64,000 nucleotides of DNA, from NCBI GenBank assembly GCA_034530875.2, contig JAVRCJ020000016.1, forward strand, positions 64,001 through 128,000, read 5' to 3'. The stretch is from Nostoc sp. DedSLP01. GTDB lineage: Bacteria; Cyanobacteriota; Cyanobacteriia; Cyanobacteriales; Nostocaceae. This document shows, one piece after another, positions 51,491 through 60,142 of this stretch (within the stretch, counting starts at the first letter, position 1; each line of letters opens with the position of its first letter). Below the pieces are notes generated by a model. That model was not told the origin of the DNA. It searched no databases and was given only the letters and a program-made list of their open reading frames with translations. The position numbers and the translations under genes were made by a program.

Positions 51491-51572
51491 TTGACCTTCT
51501 GAGGTTCAACTTTGACCTTCTGAGGCTCAACTTTGACCTTCTGAGGCTCAACTTTGACCTTCTGAGGCTCAA
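51491..51572. repeat. 21-bp tandem repeat, 4 copies
   Basis: TTGACCTTCTGAGGYTCAACT, contiguous with no spacers. Confidence 0.9.
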
Positions 51573-51841
51573 ACATAACTTTGTAATATTATTAACAAAA
51601 ATTTTGCAATACATGTATTGAGTTTAAGAGCAGACATCTGTACATCCCTACTTTATACTTTCAGTATTTTTGACCAGGGTAAAAAAAACAACTTCTGGTA
51701 AACTAATAGCGCATTTTGTATCAAATTTGCTTTCACTCACCGCATTTCTCCGAAGTTCTGTTTGCAAAAGCTGACGCTGGTGATTTCTGTGTTTATCTTT
51801 CTACTTCCCACTCTCTAGCTAATTCAACAGCGAGTTACACC

Positions 51842-53572
51842 ATGACTGCAACACCTAAAGTAAGATACTCTAACTGGGTTAAACGAGTGTTCTACCAGCT
51901 GAGTATTCGACAAAAAATCGTTTGTGGGTATGGACTATCTTTAGGAATTGGAGTTTTGGGAACGACAGCAGGGTTGGTAATAGGCGATCGCTATTTCCAA
52001 CAAGCTAGAGAACAAATGGTCTTGGCAAATGACGAAGGAAGCTTGTTAAGTAGTTTGCAAGGAGAACTGTTAGAAATACAGGTTCGCCAGAAAGAGATAG
52101 TGCCTTTTTTACAACAGCCACAAGCCTTGCAAAGAGGAATTTCTAATTTTAAGACTGATTTAGCCGAAGCCGAAACATTACTTGCTCAGGCAGAAGAATT
52201 TAGTCAAACTCATTCCCAAGGAGATTTACACCTTCTGCTGCTCAAGTATGATAATTCGATAAGCATATATTTTGAGCAACTGAGGTCGCTAATTCGGCAA
52301 ATTATACCATTAACTTCGCAGCCACAGGGAGCATTAAAAGCGCAGGAATTAATCTCGAACTTCAGTCAAAGTCAAGATGCTTTGAAGTTTTATCAATTTG
52401 CCCATGAATTAACTGACTTTGCTAAAACAGTTCGAGAAAGTCAAGAAAAAGCTGATATAATTCAAGATAAAGCTGCATTAATACAAGCTCAGATTATTAT
52501 TGGTAGTATCTTATTGTCAGCGGCGATCGCAGCTATCCTTGCGTTGTATACAAGTCATGTTATCGCTCGTCCCCTAAACGAAGTCACAAATATTGCGAAA
52601 AGAGTTACCAAAGAAGCAAATTTTGATTTGCAAGCACCTGTAACTACAGAAGATGAAGTCGGTGCATTAGCTAATACTTTGAATCAGCTAATTCAACAGG
52701 TAAAGCAACTTTTAGCAGAACAAGAAGCCGAGCATCAAGCAAGGCTAATTCAAAGCGAGAAAATGTCTAGTTTAGGACGAATGTTAGCTGGCGTTGCTCA
52801 TGAAATTAATAATCCCATAAATTTCATTTCTGGGAATCTCGTACATGCAAAAACTTATACTGACGATTTGTTAACGCTATTGCAAACATATCAAACTGAA
52901 GTGACTCACACTTCGCCTGTTTTGGAAGAATTAGCAGAAGAAATTGATTTGGAGTTTCTATTACAAGACTTACCAAAACTCTTTAACTCAATGAAAGTTG
53001 GTGCTGACCGCACCCGAGAAATTATCCGTAGTTTAAAAGATTTCTCTCGTTTAGATGAAGGGGAACCGCAGGCAGTAGATTTACACGCTTGTTTAGATAG
53101 TACGCTATTAATTTTGAATAATCGCCTGAAAAATGGTATTAACCTTGTTCGTAATTATGGAGAAATTCCCCCAATTCCAGGTTATACAGGTTTACTTTAT
53201 CAGGTATTTATGAATCTTCTGAGCAATGCTATCGATGCTGTGCAGGAAAAAGCAGAGCAGAATCCAGAATTTTCACCTCAAATCACTATTATCACAGAAC
53301 GCTGTCAAAATGATTGGGCGATCGTCAGAATTGCTGATAACGGTTGTGGAATTTCGCCAGAAAATCTACATAAAATATTTGAAACATTTTTTACTACCAA
53401 ACCGCGGGGTATTGGTACTGGTTTGGGGCTAGCGATCGCATATCAAATTGTGGTAGAAAAACATCACGGTAAAATTTCCTGTGAGTCTGAGTTAGAGCAA
53501 GGTACAGAGTTTGCTATTACTCTGCCAATTTCTCAGAACTCAGCTAATAACACAGCAGCGATTATTGCATAA
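51842..53572 (+). CDS. HAMP-domain sensor histidine kinase
   Basis: Two TM helices, HAMP DEVGALA, HEINNP, NLLSNA, DNG, GTGLGL. Confidence 0.92.
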   Translation: MTATPKVRYSNWVKRVFYQLSIRQKIVCGYGLSLGIGVLGTTAGLVIGDRYFQQAREQMVLANDEGSLLSSLQGELLEIQVRQKEIVPFLQQPQALQRGISNFKTDLAEAETLLAQAEEFSQTHSQGDLHLLLLKYDNSISIYFEQLRSLIRQIIPLTSQPQGALKAQELISNFSQSQDALKFYQFAHELTDFAKTVRESQEKADIIQDKAALIQAQIIIGSILLSAAIAAILALYTSHVIARPLNEVTNIAKRVTKEANFDLQAPVTTEDEVGALANTLNQLIQQVKQLLAEQEAEHQARLIQSEKMSSLGRMLAGVAHEINNPINFISGNLVHAKTYTDDLLTLLQTYQTEVTHTSPVLEELAEEIDLEFLLQDLPKLFNSMKVGADRTREIIRSLKDFSRLDEGEPQAVDLHACLDSTLLILNNRLKNGINLVRNYGEIPPIPGYTGLLYQVFMNLLSNAIDAVQEKAEQNPEFSPQITIITERCQNDWAIVRIADNGCGISPENLHKIFETFFTTKPRGIGTGLGLAIAYQIVVEKHHGKISCESELEQGTEFAITLPISQNSANNTAAIIA

Positions 53573-53613
53573 TATTCAACATCTGGTAAAACTAATTCTG
53601 CATTACCCGAAAT

Positions 53614-53650
53614 TCATGTAGAGACGTAGCACTGCTACGTCTCTACATGA
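53614..53650. repeat. REP-like perfect inverted repeat (18-bp arms, 1-nt spacer)
   Basis: TCATGTAGAGACGTAGCA-C-TGCTACGTCTCTACATGA. Confidence 0.8.
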
Positions 53651-53726
53651 TTCCGCCTTGGGATACTAGCTTTTGGCAGATGATTTTTTGATAACGATCG
53701 GCAGCAAAAACAAAGGAAAAAAATTT

Positions 53727-54248
53727 ATGGGACTTTTCGATCAAATTCTCGGTGCTGTTGCGAATCCCAATCAACAGGGCAGTTTAGGTCAAATAGGGAG
53801 TATTGTTAACACTGTAAATCAACTGAGCGATCGCACTGGCACAGATCCTTCTACCATCCAATCGGTTTTGTCAATTGTCGGTAGTCAAGTTCGTTCGGCT
53901 TTACAACACAAACAAGCCACAGATGGTAACGAAGCCGCAGAAACTCTAGTCAATCAATATGCTGGTACTTCTCCTAACCCCCAAGCAGTTGATTCCCTAT
54001 TTCCTGGCGGTATCCAACAGCAAGTAGCTGAAATTGCTGCCCAACGCACAGGCTTAGATCCTAATCTGGTTCAACAATTACTGCCTTTAGCAGTACCTTT
54101 AGTACTGAATTTTCTCCAATCAGGCGCCAATGCTCAAAATCCCCAAGGAGGCGGAAATCCCGTCCTCAATTCCTTCTTAGATGCTGACCGCGATGGAGAT
54201 GTTGATATCGCCGACGCCCTACAAATGGCCAGTCGTTACATCAGTTAA
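53727..54248 (+). CDS. DUF937-family protein
   Basis: MGLFDQILG...LLPLAVPLVL...FLDADRDGDVD. Confidence 0.8.
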   Translation: MGLFDQILGAVANPNQQGSLGQIGSIVNTVNQLSDRTGTDPSTIQSVLSIVGSQVRSALQHKQATDGNEAAETLVNQYAGTSPNPQAVDSLFPGGIQQQVAEIAAQRTGLDPNLVQQLLPLAVPLVLNFLQSGANAQNPQGGGNPVLNSFLDADRDGDVDIADALQMASRYIS

Positions 54249-54361
54249 CGAAGGCAGGAGGCAGGGGGCAGAAGGCAGGAGGTCGTTTTTGTAACGAGAA
54301 TTCATACCCCATTCCAAGAACTTTGGACGAAGTACGGTTTTTGACCCGATTGATTCGATAA
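54245..54361 (+). repeat. Structured intergenic repeat, copy 1
   Basis: About 91% identical over a 79-nt core to 55104-55206; four AGGCAGG-type heptamers. Confidence 0.85.
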
Positions 54362-54473
54362 TAATTCTCTTTGCCCCAAAACATATCAGACATCGGCAAA
54401 AAACCTTGCTAGATTCTAAACTTAGACATAGGCTCAAAAGAAGTGAAATCTCCTAAGACAAATCACACAGTCT

Positions 54474-55034
54474 ATGGCTAAACTTTTTGACTGTATTACT
54501 GAAGAACTGCAAAACTTTATTGCTGCCCAACACATTTTCTTTGTTGGTTCTGCACCCTTAAGTTCTACTGGTCATGTTAACCTGTCTCCTAAAGGTTTGA
54601 ATTGCTTTCGCATCCTCTCTCCCAATCGAGTTGGTTATATAGACCTTACAGGCAGCGGCAACGAAACTTCCGCCCATTTACAAGAAAATGGGCGAATTAC
54701 TTTCATGTTTTGCGCCTTTGAAGAACCTGCTTGTATCCTGCGCCTTTACGGTCAAGGAAATACAATTTTACCGAATTCTCCAGACTGGAATTCCCTGTAC
54801 TCTTTATTTCCAGAAATACCAGGAACTCGTCAAATTATCGTCGCTGACATCCAAAAAGTACAAACATCCTGCGGTTTTGGCGTACCGCTTTATGAATATC
54901 GAGGTCAGCGCGAAACTCTAGTAAATTGGGCTAATAAAAAAGGTGAAGAAGGACTTAGAGAATATCAACAGCAGAAAAATCTCGTTAGTCTCGATGGTTT
55001 ATCGGCTCCACTGAGTAAGTTACTTTCCAATTGA
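54474..55034 (+). CDS. Pyridoxamine 5'-phosphate oxidase-like FMN-binding protein
   Basis: FFVGSAP, VNLSPKG, DLTGSGNET, MFCAF, TSCGFGVP. Confidence 0.88.
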   Translation: MAKLFDCITEELQNFIAAQHIFFVGSAPLSSTGHVNLSPKGLNCFRILSPNRVGYIDLTGSGNETSAHLQENGRITFMFCAFEEPACILRLYGQGNTILPNSPDWNSLYSLFPEIPGTRQIIVADIQKVQTSCGFGVPLYEYRGQRETLVNWANKKGEEGLREYQQQKNLVSLDGLSAPLSKLLSN

Positions 55035-55103
55035 AAAAAGCAGGTTTAGGGCAGGATTTATATCGAGTTAACTGAGATAATATTATTTTTTTGGGAAGTA
55101 GTT

Positions 55104-55206
55104 TTAACGAAGGCAGGAGGCAGGAGGCCGTTTTTGTAACGAGGATTTATACCCCGTTCCAAAAACTTTGGACGAAGTACGGTTTTAGACCCGATTGTTT
55201 CGATAA
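55104..55206 (+). repeat. Structured intergenic repeat, copy 2
   Basis: Matches 54245-54361; two heptamers instead of four. Confidence 0.85.
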
Positions 55207-55220
55207 CTTGGTATTAAAAC

Positions 55221-55736
55221 ATGATAAATTATTCTATTTTTCCACTCACAGAAAAAGATGAGCCTTTTCTGTGGCAGATGCTTTACGAAGCAGCGCATCT
55301 GGGGAAAGAAGGTAATTTGAAAGTACAAGATGCAATGAATCATCCCGATTTAGCAAAATATGTAAAAAATTGGGGATGTAAAGATGATAGTGGGTTTGTT
55401 GCGATTTTAGAAAGTACTAATCAACCAGTGGGAGCAGCGTGGTTGCGTTTATTGACAGGTGAAAATAAAGGATATGGTTATATTAGCGATCGCATTCCCG
55501 AATTAGCAATTGCAATTCTCCCCGAATATCGCAATCAAGGCATAGGCACGCAGTTACTCAAGCATTTATTAGCAGCAGCTAAAACAGCTTATCCATCAAT
55601 ATCTCTCAGCATTCGCGCAACAAATCCTGCCTTGGCTTTATATCAAAGATTAGGTTTTGAAGTTGTCCCCGGTAGTGAAACAATCAACAGAGTGGGCGGA
55701 ATCTCTTTAAAAATGATAGTTGATTTATCAAAATAG
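55221..55736 (+). CDS. GNAT acetyltransferase
   Basis: GAAWLR, PELAIAILPEYRNQGIGT, NPALALYQRLGF. Confidence 0.9.
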   Translation: MINYSIFPLTEKDEPFLWQMLYEAAHLGKEGNLKVQDAMNHPDLAKYVKNWGCKDDSGFVAILESTNQPVGAAWLRLLTGENKGYGYISDRIPELAIAILPEYRNQGIGTQLLKHLLAAAKTAYPSISLSIRATNPALALYQRLGFEVVPGSETINRVGGISLKMIVDLSK

Positions 55737-55795
55737 AATTCAGATTTCCCTGGCTATGCAACTAAGTTATCCAAATCAAAACAGACTGCTATCAA

Positions 55796-58144
55796 TTACT
55801 TATCGCACAACATAGGAGAAGGGCTGGAATAATTGGTTTGTGGAACTTGAGCTACAAGGATAATATCACCGCGATCGCTTTCGATCCATCCTTGAGCTTC
55901 TACAATCGGTTGAGGTTCTGGTATTTGTTGTGCGATTTTATTTGTTCTGGCGACTGGCAAATTTACCCAATTTGTAACGATAGCGCGCCCCCGCAATGGT
56001 TCCAACGGACTAGCAGGTAATCCACCCCGTCCTGTAGCTATAAAGCGACCGACTGTTTTTCCTTTGGCGGAACAGCTTTGAACTATTTTTTGAGAAGCAT
56101 CAACTAAATCAGCAGGTAGCTGCACTAAGCCGCGACTAGGGTCTACATCTGGAGTATTAATAGTTACAAATCCTTGAATGCCAAATTCTGAACTAGCAGT
56201 GATATCGCTTAGTGGTGTTAGGCTTTGTTGGGGAAAAATTCCGAAAATACCGCTAGTTGCAATGTCTACTCTGCCACCTTTACCAGTGTAAGCATTAGCA
56301 GTGATGTCACTATTTTCTTGAGGAACGGCAGCAATAAATGGACTGTCGATAATAATATTACCGCCATCGCCGCCAAATCTACTATTACCTGCATCGGTGA
56401 AAATTCGGCTTTCGTTGCGTAGTAATAATAAATCTTGCAACTGCAAGCTAATATCTCCACCCTGTCCAGAGAAGCTAGCCGCGCTAATTTCTCCCTTGTT
56501 ATTCAGAAGGATATTTCGGGCTGTAATATTTAACTCACCTGCACCTTGAGCGCTGGGAGATTCGCTTCTACTAGTAACAGTGATTGCTGCACCATTCGTC
56601 ACACTCAGCTGCCGAGTTGCGATGTTCAGGTTTCCCCCTTTCCCAGTAGGCACAACAGACTCACCACTACGGCTGATTTCCCTAAAATTAGCGCCGACTT
56701 CAGCGACTATTCTGCTACGCAACTCACTATTTCTACTTCTACCAATTAATTGCACCCCATCTAAAGCATTAATTTCAATTTCTCCCCCACTACCAGCCCC
56801 AAAAGTAGAAGCAGATAACTCGGCTCCATCGCTGATAGTCAAATTTTGAGTATTAATTGTCAATTTGCCAGCATTTCCTCTGCCTCGAGTCTGCACGGAT
56901 AATCCACTGGAACGTAGCCCTCCTGATGCACTAAAAGTGCCAATTAATTCTACAGAATCAGAGGCGTTGACCGTAATATTTCCTCCCACTCCATTAACAG
57001 AACTAGCTGATATTCGTCCTCCATCGCGGACAATTAAGCGCTGAGTATTAATCGTTAGTTCCCCTGGTATATTTCCTGTCGCTCGATTGTCAGTAGCGAA
57101 GGAGCTAGGACTTCGACGGTTATCTTGAGGATTATCTGCTGTGGTTCCACTGAGTTCCACTAATTCCGAAGCTGTTACTGTCAACTTTCCCCCTGGTGAA
57201 GTTGTCAGGCTAGTGGTTTCAATTTGAGAACCACCCTGTAGCGTTACCCGTTTACCCCTGATTTGAATTTCACCGCCACTCAAGCCGCTTGCATCTATGG
57301 TTGTCGCTTTCAAGAGCTGAATATCTTGAAAGTTGGTAATACCTTCGTAACCCAAGGAAAAGCCATTAGTTACAGGATTCAAGCTAACTGTACCACCTCT
57401 TACGCTACCTACTTCAATCCTGCCCCCATCTGTCTTTAACGTCCCACCCTCAAAAGTGACATCACCGCCGACCAAAGCCAAGGTTTGATTCATTGGGACG
57501 CGTAAAGCTTCATTAGTATCAATTACAGGGGATTCTTGATTTCTTATACCCCGACCATTTCCTTGGACTAAAATTTTTCCGGGACTATCTCCCAATTGCA
57601 ATCCAATCGGTGCAGTAATAGTTAACAGTGGTGTGATGGCAGATGCAGTGGTATCCAAGCGAGTACCATCAGCAAAAATGATGTTCTGAGCAGTACTAGC
57701 AACAAAAGATCCTGCGATATCCAACCTGGCATTTTGCCCAAAAATTATGCCATTGCGATTGAGCAAAAATAGATTTGCTGCACCATCAACTCCCAAAGTA
57801 CCCAGAATTTGAGAAATGTTATTCCCTGTGACTCTGGCCACAATATTGGTAATTCCTGGGGGATTGGCAAAATAAACTCGCCCAGATTCGCCTAGATTGA
57901 ATTCTTGGAAGCTGTGAAACAAATTAGTATCGCGAATTGCTCCGCCATCAATGCGGTCTGCGGGAAGTCCTTTAATATTGATATTGGGGCTGATAGTTGA
58001 AGAAGATTCGCCTAATGTTTTATCAGGAATAATCTCAGCAGATGCGTGGTTTCCACCATAAAATATGGCAAAGGCAAACACTCCAGCAAGGCTGAAAACT
58101 CCTAAGAATCTTAAAAACCCAATTTTATCTGCTCTAATTGTCAT
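55796..58144 (-). CDS. Filamentous-haemagglutinin N-terminal (TPS) domain exoprotein
   Basis: Signal peptide; NLFHSFQEF, ANLFLLNRNGIIFG; beta-helical GxGGxI repeats; C-terminal F.ATGRGGLP, IVEAQGW. Confidence 0.88.
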   Translation of the reverse strand: MTIRADKIGFLRFLGVFSLAGVFAFAIFYGGNHASAEIIPDKTLGESSSTISPNINIKGLPADRIDGGAIRDTNLFHSFQEFNLGESGRVYFANPPGITNIVARVTGNNISQILGTLGVDGAANLFLLNRNGIIFGQNARLDIAGSFVASTAQNIIFADGTRLDTTASAITPLLTITAPIGLQLGDSPGKILVQGNGRGIRNQESPVIDTNEALRVPMNQTLALVGGDVTFEGGTLKTDGGRIEVGSVRGGTVSLNPVTNGFSLGYEGITNFQDIQLLKATTIDASGLSGGEIQIRGKRVTLQGGSQIETTSLTTSPGGKLTVTASELVELSGTTADNPQDNRRSPSSFATDNRATGNIPGELTINTQRLIVRDGGRISASSVNGVGGNITVNASDSVELIGTFSASGGLRSSGLSVQTRGRGNAGKLTINTQNLTISDGAELSASTFGAGSGGEIEINALDGVQLIGRSRNSELRSRIVAEVGANFREISRSGESVVPTGKGGNLNIATRQLSVTNGAAITVTSRSESPSAQGAGELNITARNILLNNKGEISAASFSGQGGDISLQLQDLLLLRNESRIFTDAGNSRFGGDGGNIIIDSPFIAAVPQENSDITANAYTGKGGRVDIATSGIFGIFPQQSLTPLSDITASSEFGIQGFVTINTPDVDPSRGLVQLPADLVDASQKIVQSCSAKGKTVGRFIATGRGGLPASPLEPLRGRAIVTNWVNLPVARTNKIAQQIPEPQPIVEAQGWIESDRGDIILVAQVPQTNYSSPSPMLCDK

Positions 58145-58545
58145 ATCAAAGCCAACCTCACAGTTGTTGATTTTACACGCGCAGCAGTTTTGCAACAGCT
58201 GCGCGAATTTAATATCTAGTTAATTGCCAGCTAAAAGAATTAGAATAGGCTCTGCAAATAAGTACCCAATTGAAATTGCGAACTTAAAATCTGCTGTAAT
58301 TTCCTCAAAGATGCTGTCTAAATCGAAGTTAAATTTTATAATTTTAAAACAATTGCCATGTTCTCTATGCTAAGAACTGTTAAAGAGTAATTGCCATATT
58401 GGTCGCTAGAGTAATTCTATTTCATCAGTCAAAGATTAAAATAATCCTAGTTCGGATAATTGTAAAAGCTATTATTTTTGTAATTCTTAAACTAGCTTCT
58501 CTTTCCCTACAGTGTAAAAATAAGAAACACTAAATAGTTAAAAAA

Positions 58546-58573
58546 GGTGCGTTAGCGTTTCGCTAAACGCACC
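58546..58573 (-). terminator. Hairpin downstream of the RTX gene (terminator or REP-like)
   Basis: GGTGCGTTAGCG-TTT-CGCTAAACGCACC followed by a T-run on the minus strand. Confidence 0.5.
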
Positions 58574-58630
58574 CTCCTACAAAGACTTAATTTTGTTCAA
58601 AAACGAAACCGGATTGCTATCAGTCCAGTT

Positions 58631-59737
58631 TTAAACTAAAAGGATGTCAAGACTAGGAATAAATCCACTACCTAAGTTGGGTTGGAGAGAGGCAAATTGC
58701 ACTGCTCCGACGCCATCATAAGGAGATTGGTCAAAGTACAAAGCACCGCTGCTGTTGTTATAACTAAACTGGCTGGTAGAACTAGCACCAAATCCTAGTT
58801 TAGAAATCTGAATTTTATCTCCTTCAAAGTACTTAAAGTCTGAAATGTAATCCAGTCCATCATAGAGAGAGTCGAAGACAAATTTATCGGCTCCGGTTCC
58901 TCCGGTAAGATAATCGTTATCTTTACGACCATTTAAAATATCATTGCCTTCTCCTCCGTAGAGAAAGTCATAGCCTTCGCCACCATTGAGAAGATCGTTG
59001 CCACTGTTGCCGTAAAGAATATCGTTATCGCCCTGACCGAAGAGAGAATCATTGTCGTTACCTCCATAGATGGTATCTCTGCCAGTGCCTCCTAAGAGAG
59101 AATCATTGCCACTACCTCCGTCAAGATAGTCATCGAAAGCCCCTGCATTCAATGTATCGTTGCCACCATTGCCGTATAGGGTATCAGTGGTGTTGTTGAA
59201 GGTAAAGCTATCAGCGTTATTACTGCCTTTGAAGGAAATTTTTTCGACGTTAGTGAAGGAAAAACTGTAAGGGGTGGTGGTATATGAGTAGTCGGCTACG
59301 AGTAAATCGACTCCTGCGCCGCCATCTATATAATCATTAGTTCCAGAGCCAGGGTTAAGGGTATCGTTGCCATCTCCTCCATAGAGAACGTCGCTGCCGC
59401 TACCTCCGTTCAGATAATCATCGAAAGCCCCTGCATTCAATGTATCGTTGCCACCATTACCGTATAGGGTATCAGTAGTGTTGTTGAAGGTAAAATTATC
59501 AGCGCTATTACTGCCTTTGAATAAAACTTTTTCGATATTATTGAAGGAAAAGCTGTAAGGAGTGCTGACATTGGAGTAGTCTGCTACGAGTAAATCAACC
59601 CCTGCACCGCCATCTACATAATCATAAAGTCCAGACCCAGGATTTAAGGTATCGTTTCCTCCAAGCCCATAGATATTATCAGTATAAATACTACCAAGAA
59701 TATTGTCATTCCAGTTAGTTCCAGTGTAAGTAGGCAT
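58631..59737 (-). CDS. RTX-type calcium-binding repeat protein
   Basis: Many GGxGxDxL nonapeptides; 288-bp (96-aa) internal duplication; C-terminal D.ISDF..GDKI. Confidence 0.9.
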   Translation of the reverse strand: MPTYTGTNWNDNILGSIYTDNIYGLGGNDTLNPGSGLYDYVDGGAGVDLLVADYSNVSTPYSFSFNNIEKVLFKGSNSADNFTFNNTTDTLYGNGGNDTLNAGAFDDYLNGGSGSDVLYGGDGNDTLNPGSGTNDYIDGGAGVDLLVADYSYTTTPYSFSFTNVEKISFKGSNNADSFTFNNTTDTLYGNGGNDTLNAGAFDDYLDGGSGNDSLLGGTGRDTIYGGNDNDSLFGQGDNDILYGNSGNDLLNGGEGYDFLYGGEGNDILNGRKDNDYLTGGTGADKFVFDSLYDGLDYISDFKYFEGDKIQISKLGFGASSTSQFSYNNSSGALYFDQSPYDGVGAVQFASLQPNLGSGFIPSLDILLV

Positions 59738-59943
59738 TCTAGTTATTCCTCTGAATAAAAGTAAAAGTTTTAGTTTTAGCAAGCTCTATCTGAGGTGATA
59801 TTTCATCAGATAAAGACCAATTAGAAGTTCGGTTTTAGACTTGAGTTAAGTCAATCTTCCTTCTGAGGTTATGTACGATGAGTTGGATTTTCTTATGCAC
59901 CCCAAGCAGAAATTTTTTTTTGGACATTGGGAAGAGGCGGTTT

Positions 59944-60055
59944 TAATACTGCTCGGTTAAGCATTTTTAACTCGGCATTGGGTTTGGGGAAAAGGTTAAA
60001 GGATAAAGGTTAAAGGTTTTTTCTATCCCCTTTTCCCCTTAACCGACAAGTATTG
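59944..60055. mobile_element. MITE with probable 10-bp target duplication
   Basis: TIRs AATACTGCTCGGTTAAG / CTTAACCGACAAGTATT; flanks GAGGCGGTTT / GAGGTGGTTC; internal (AAAGGTT)n. Confidence 0.75.
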
Positions 60056-60142
60056 GAGGTGGTTCTTTTTGGCAGCCGATCGCTCGAATGTAAAAATCAC
60101 TTATGCTTAAATAGTTAGTTTTCAACCCTCAACAGCAAGAAA

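Noticed and set aside
51491..51572. CRISPR array
   Set aside because: The 21-bp units are contiguous with no unique spacers, and there are no cas genes
54245..55206. Integron attC sites
   Set aside because: No proper RYYYAAC...GTTRRRY ends, no single long bottom-strand hairpin and no integron integrase
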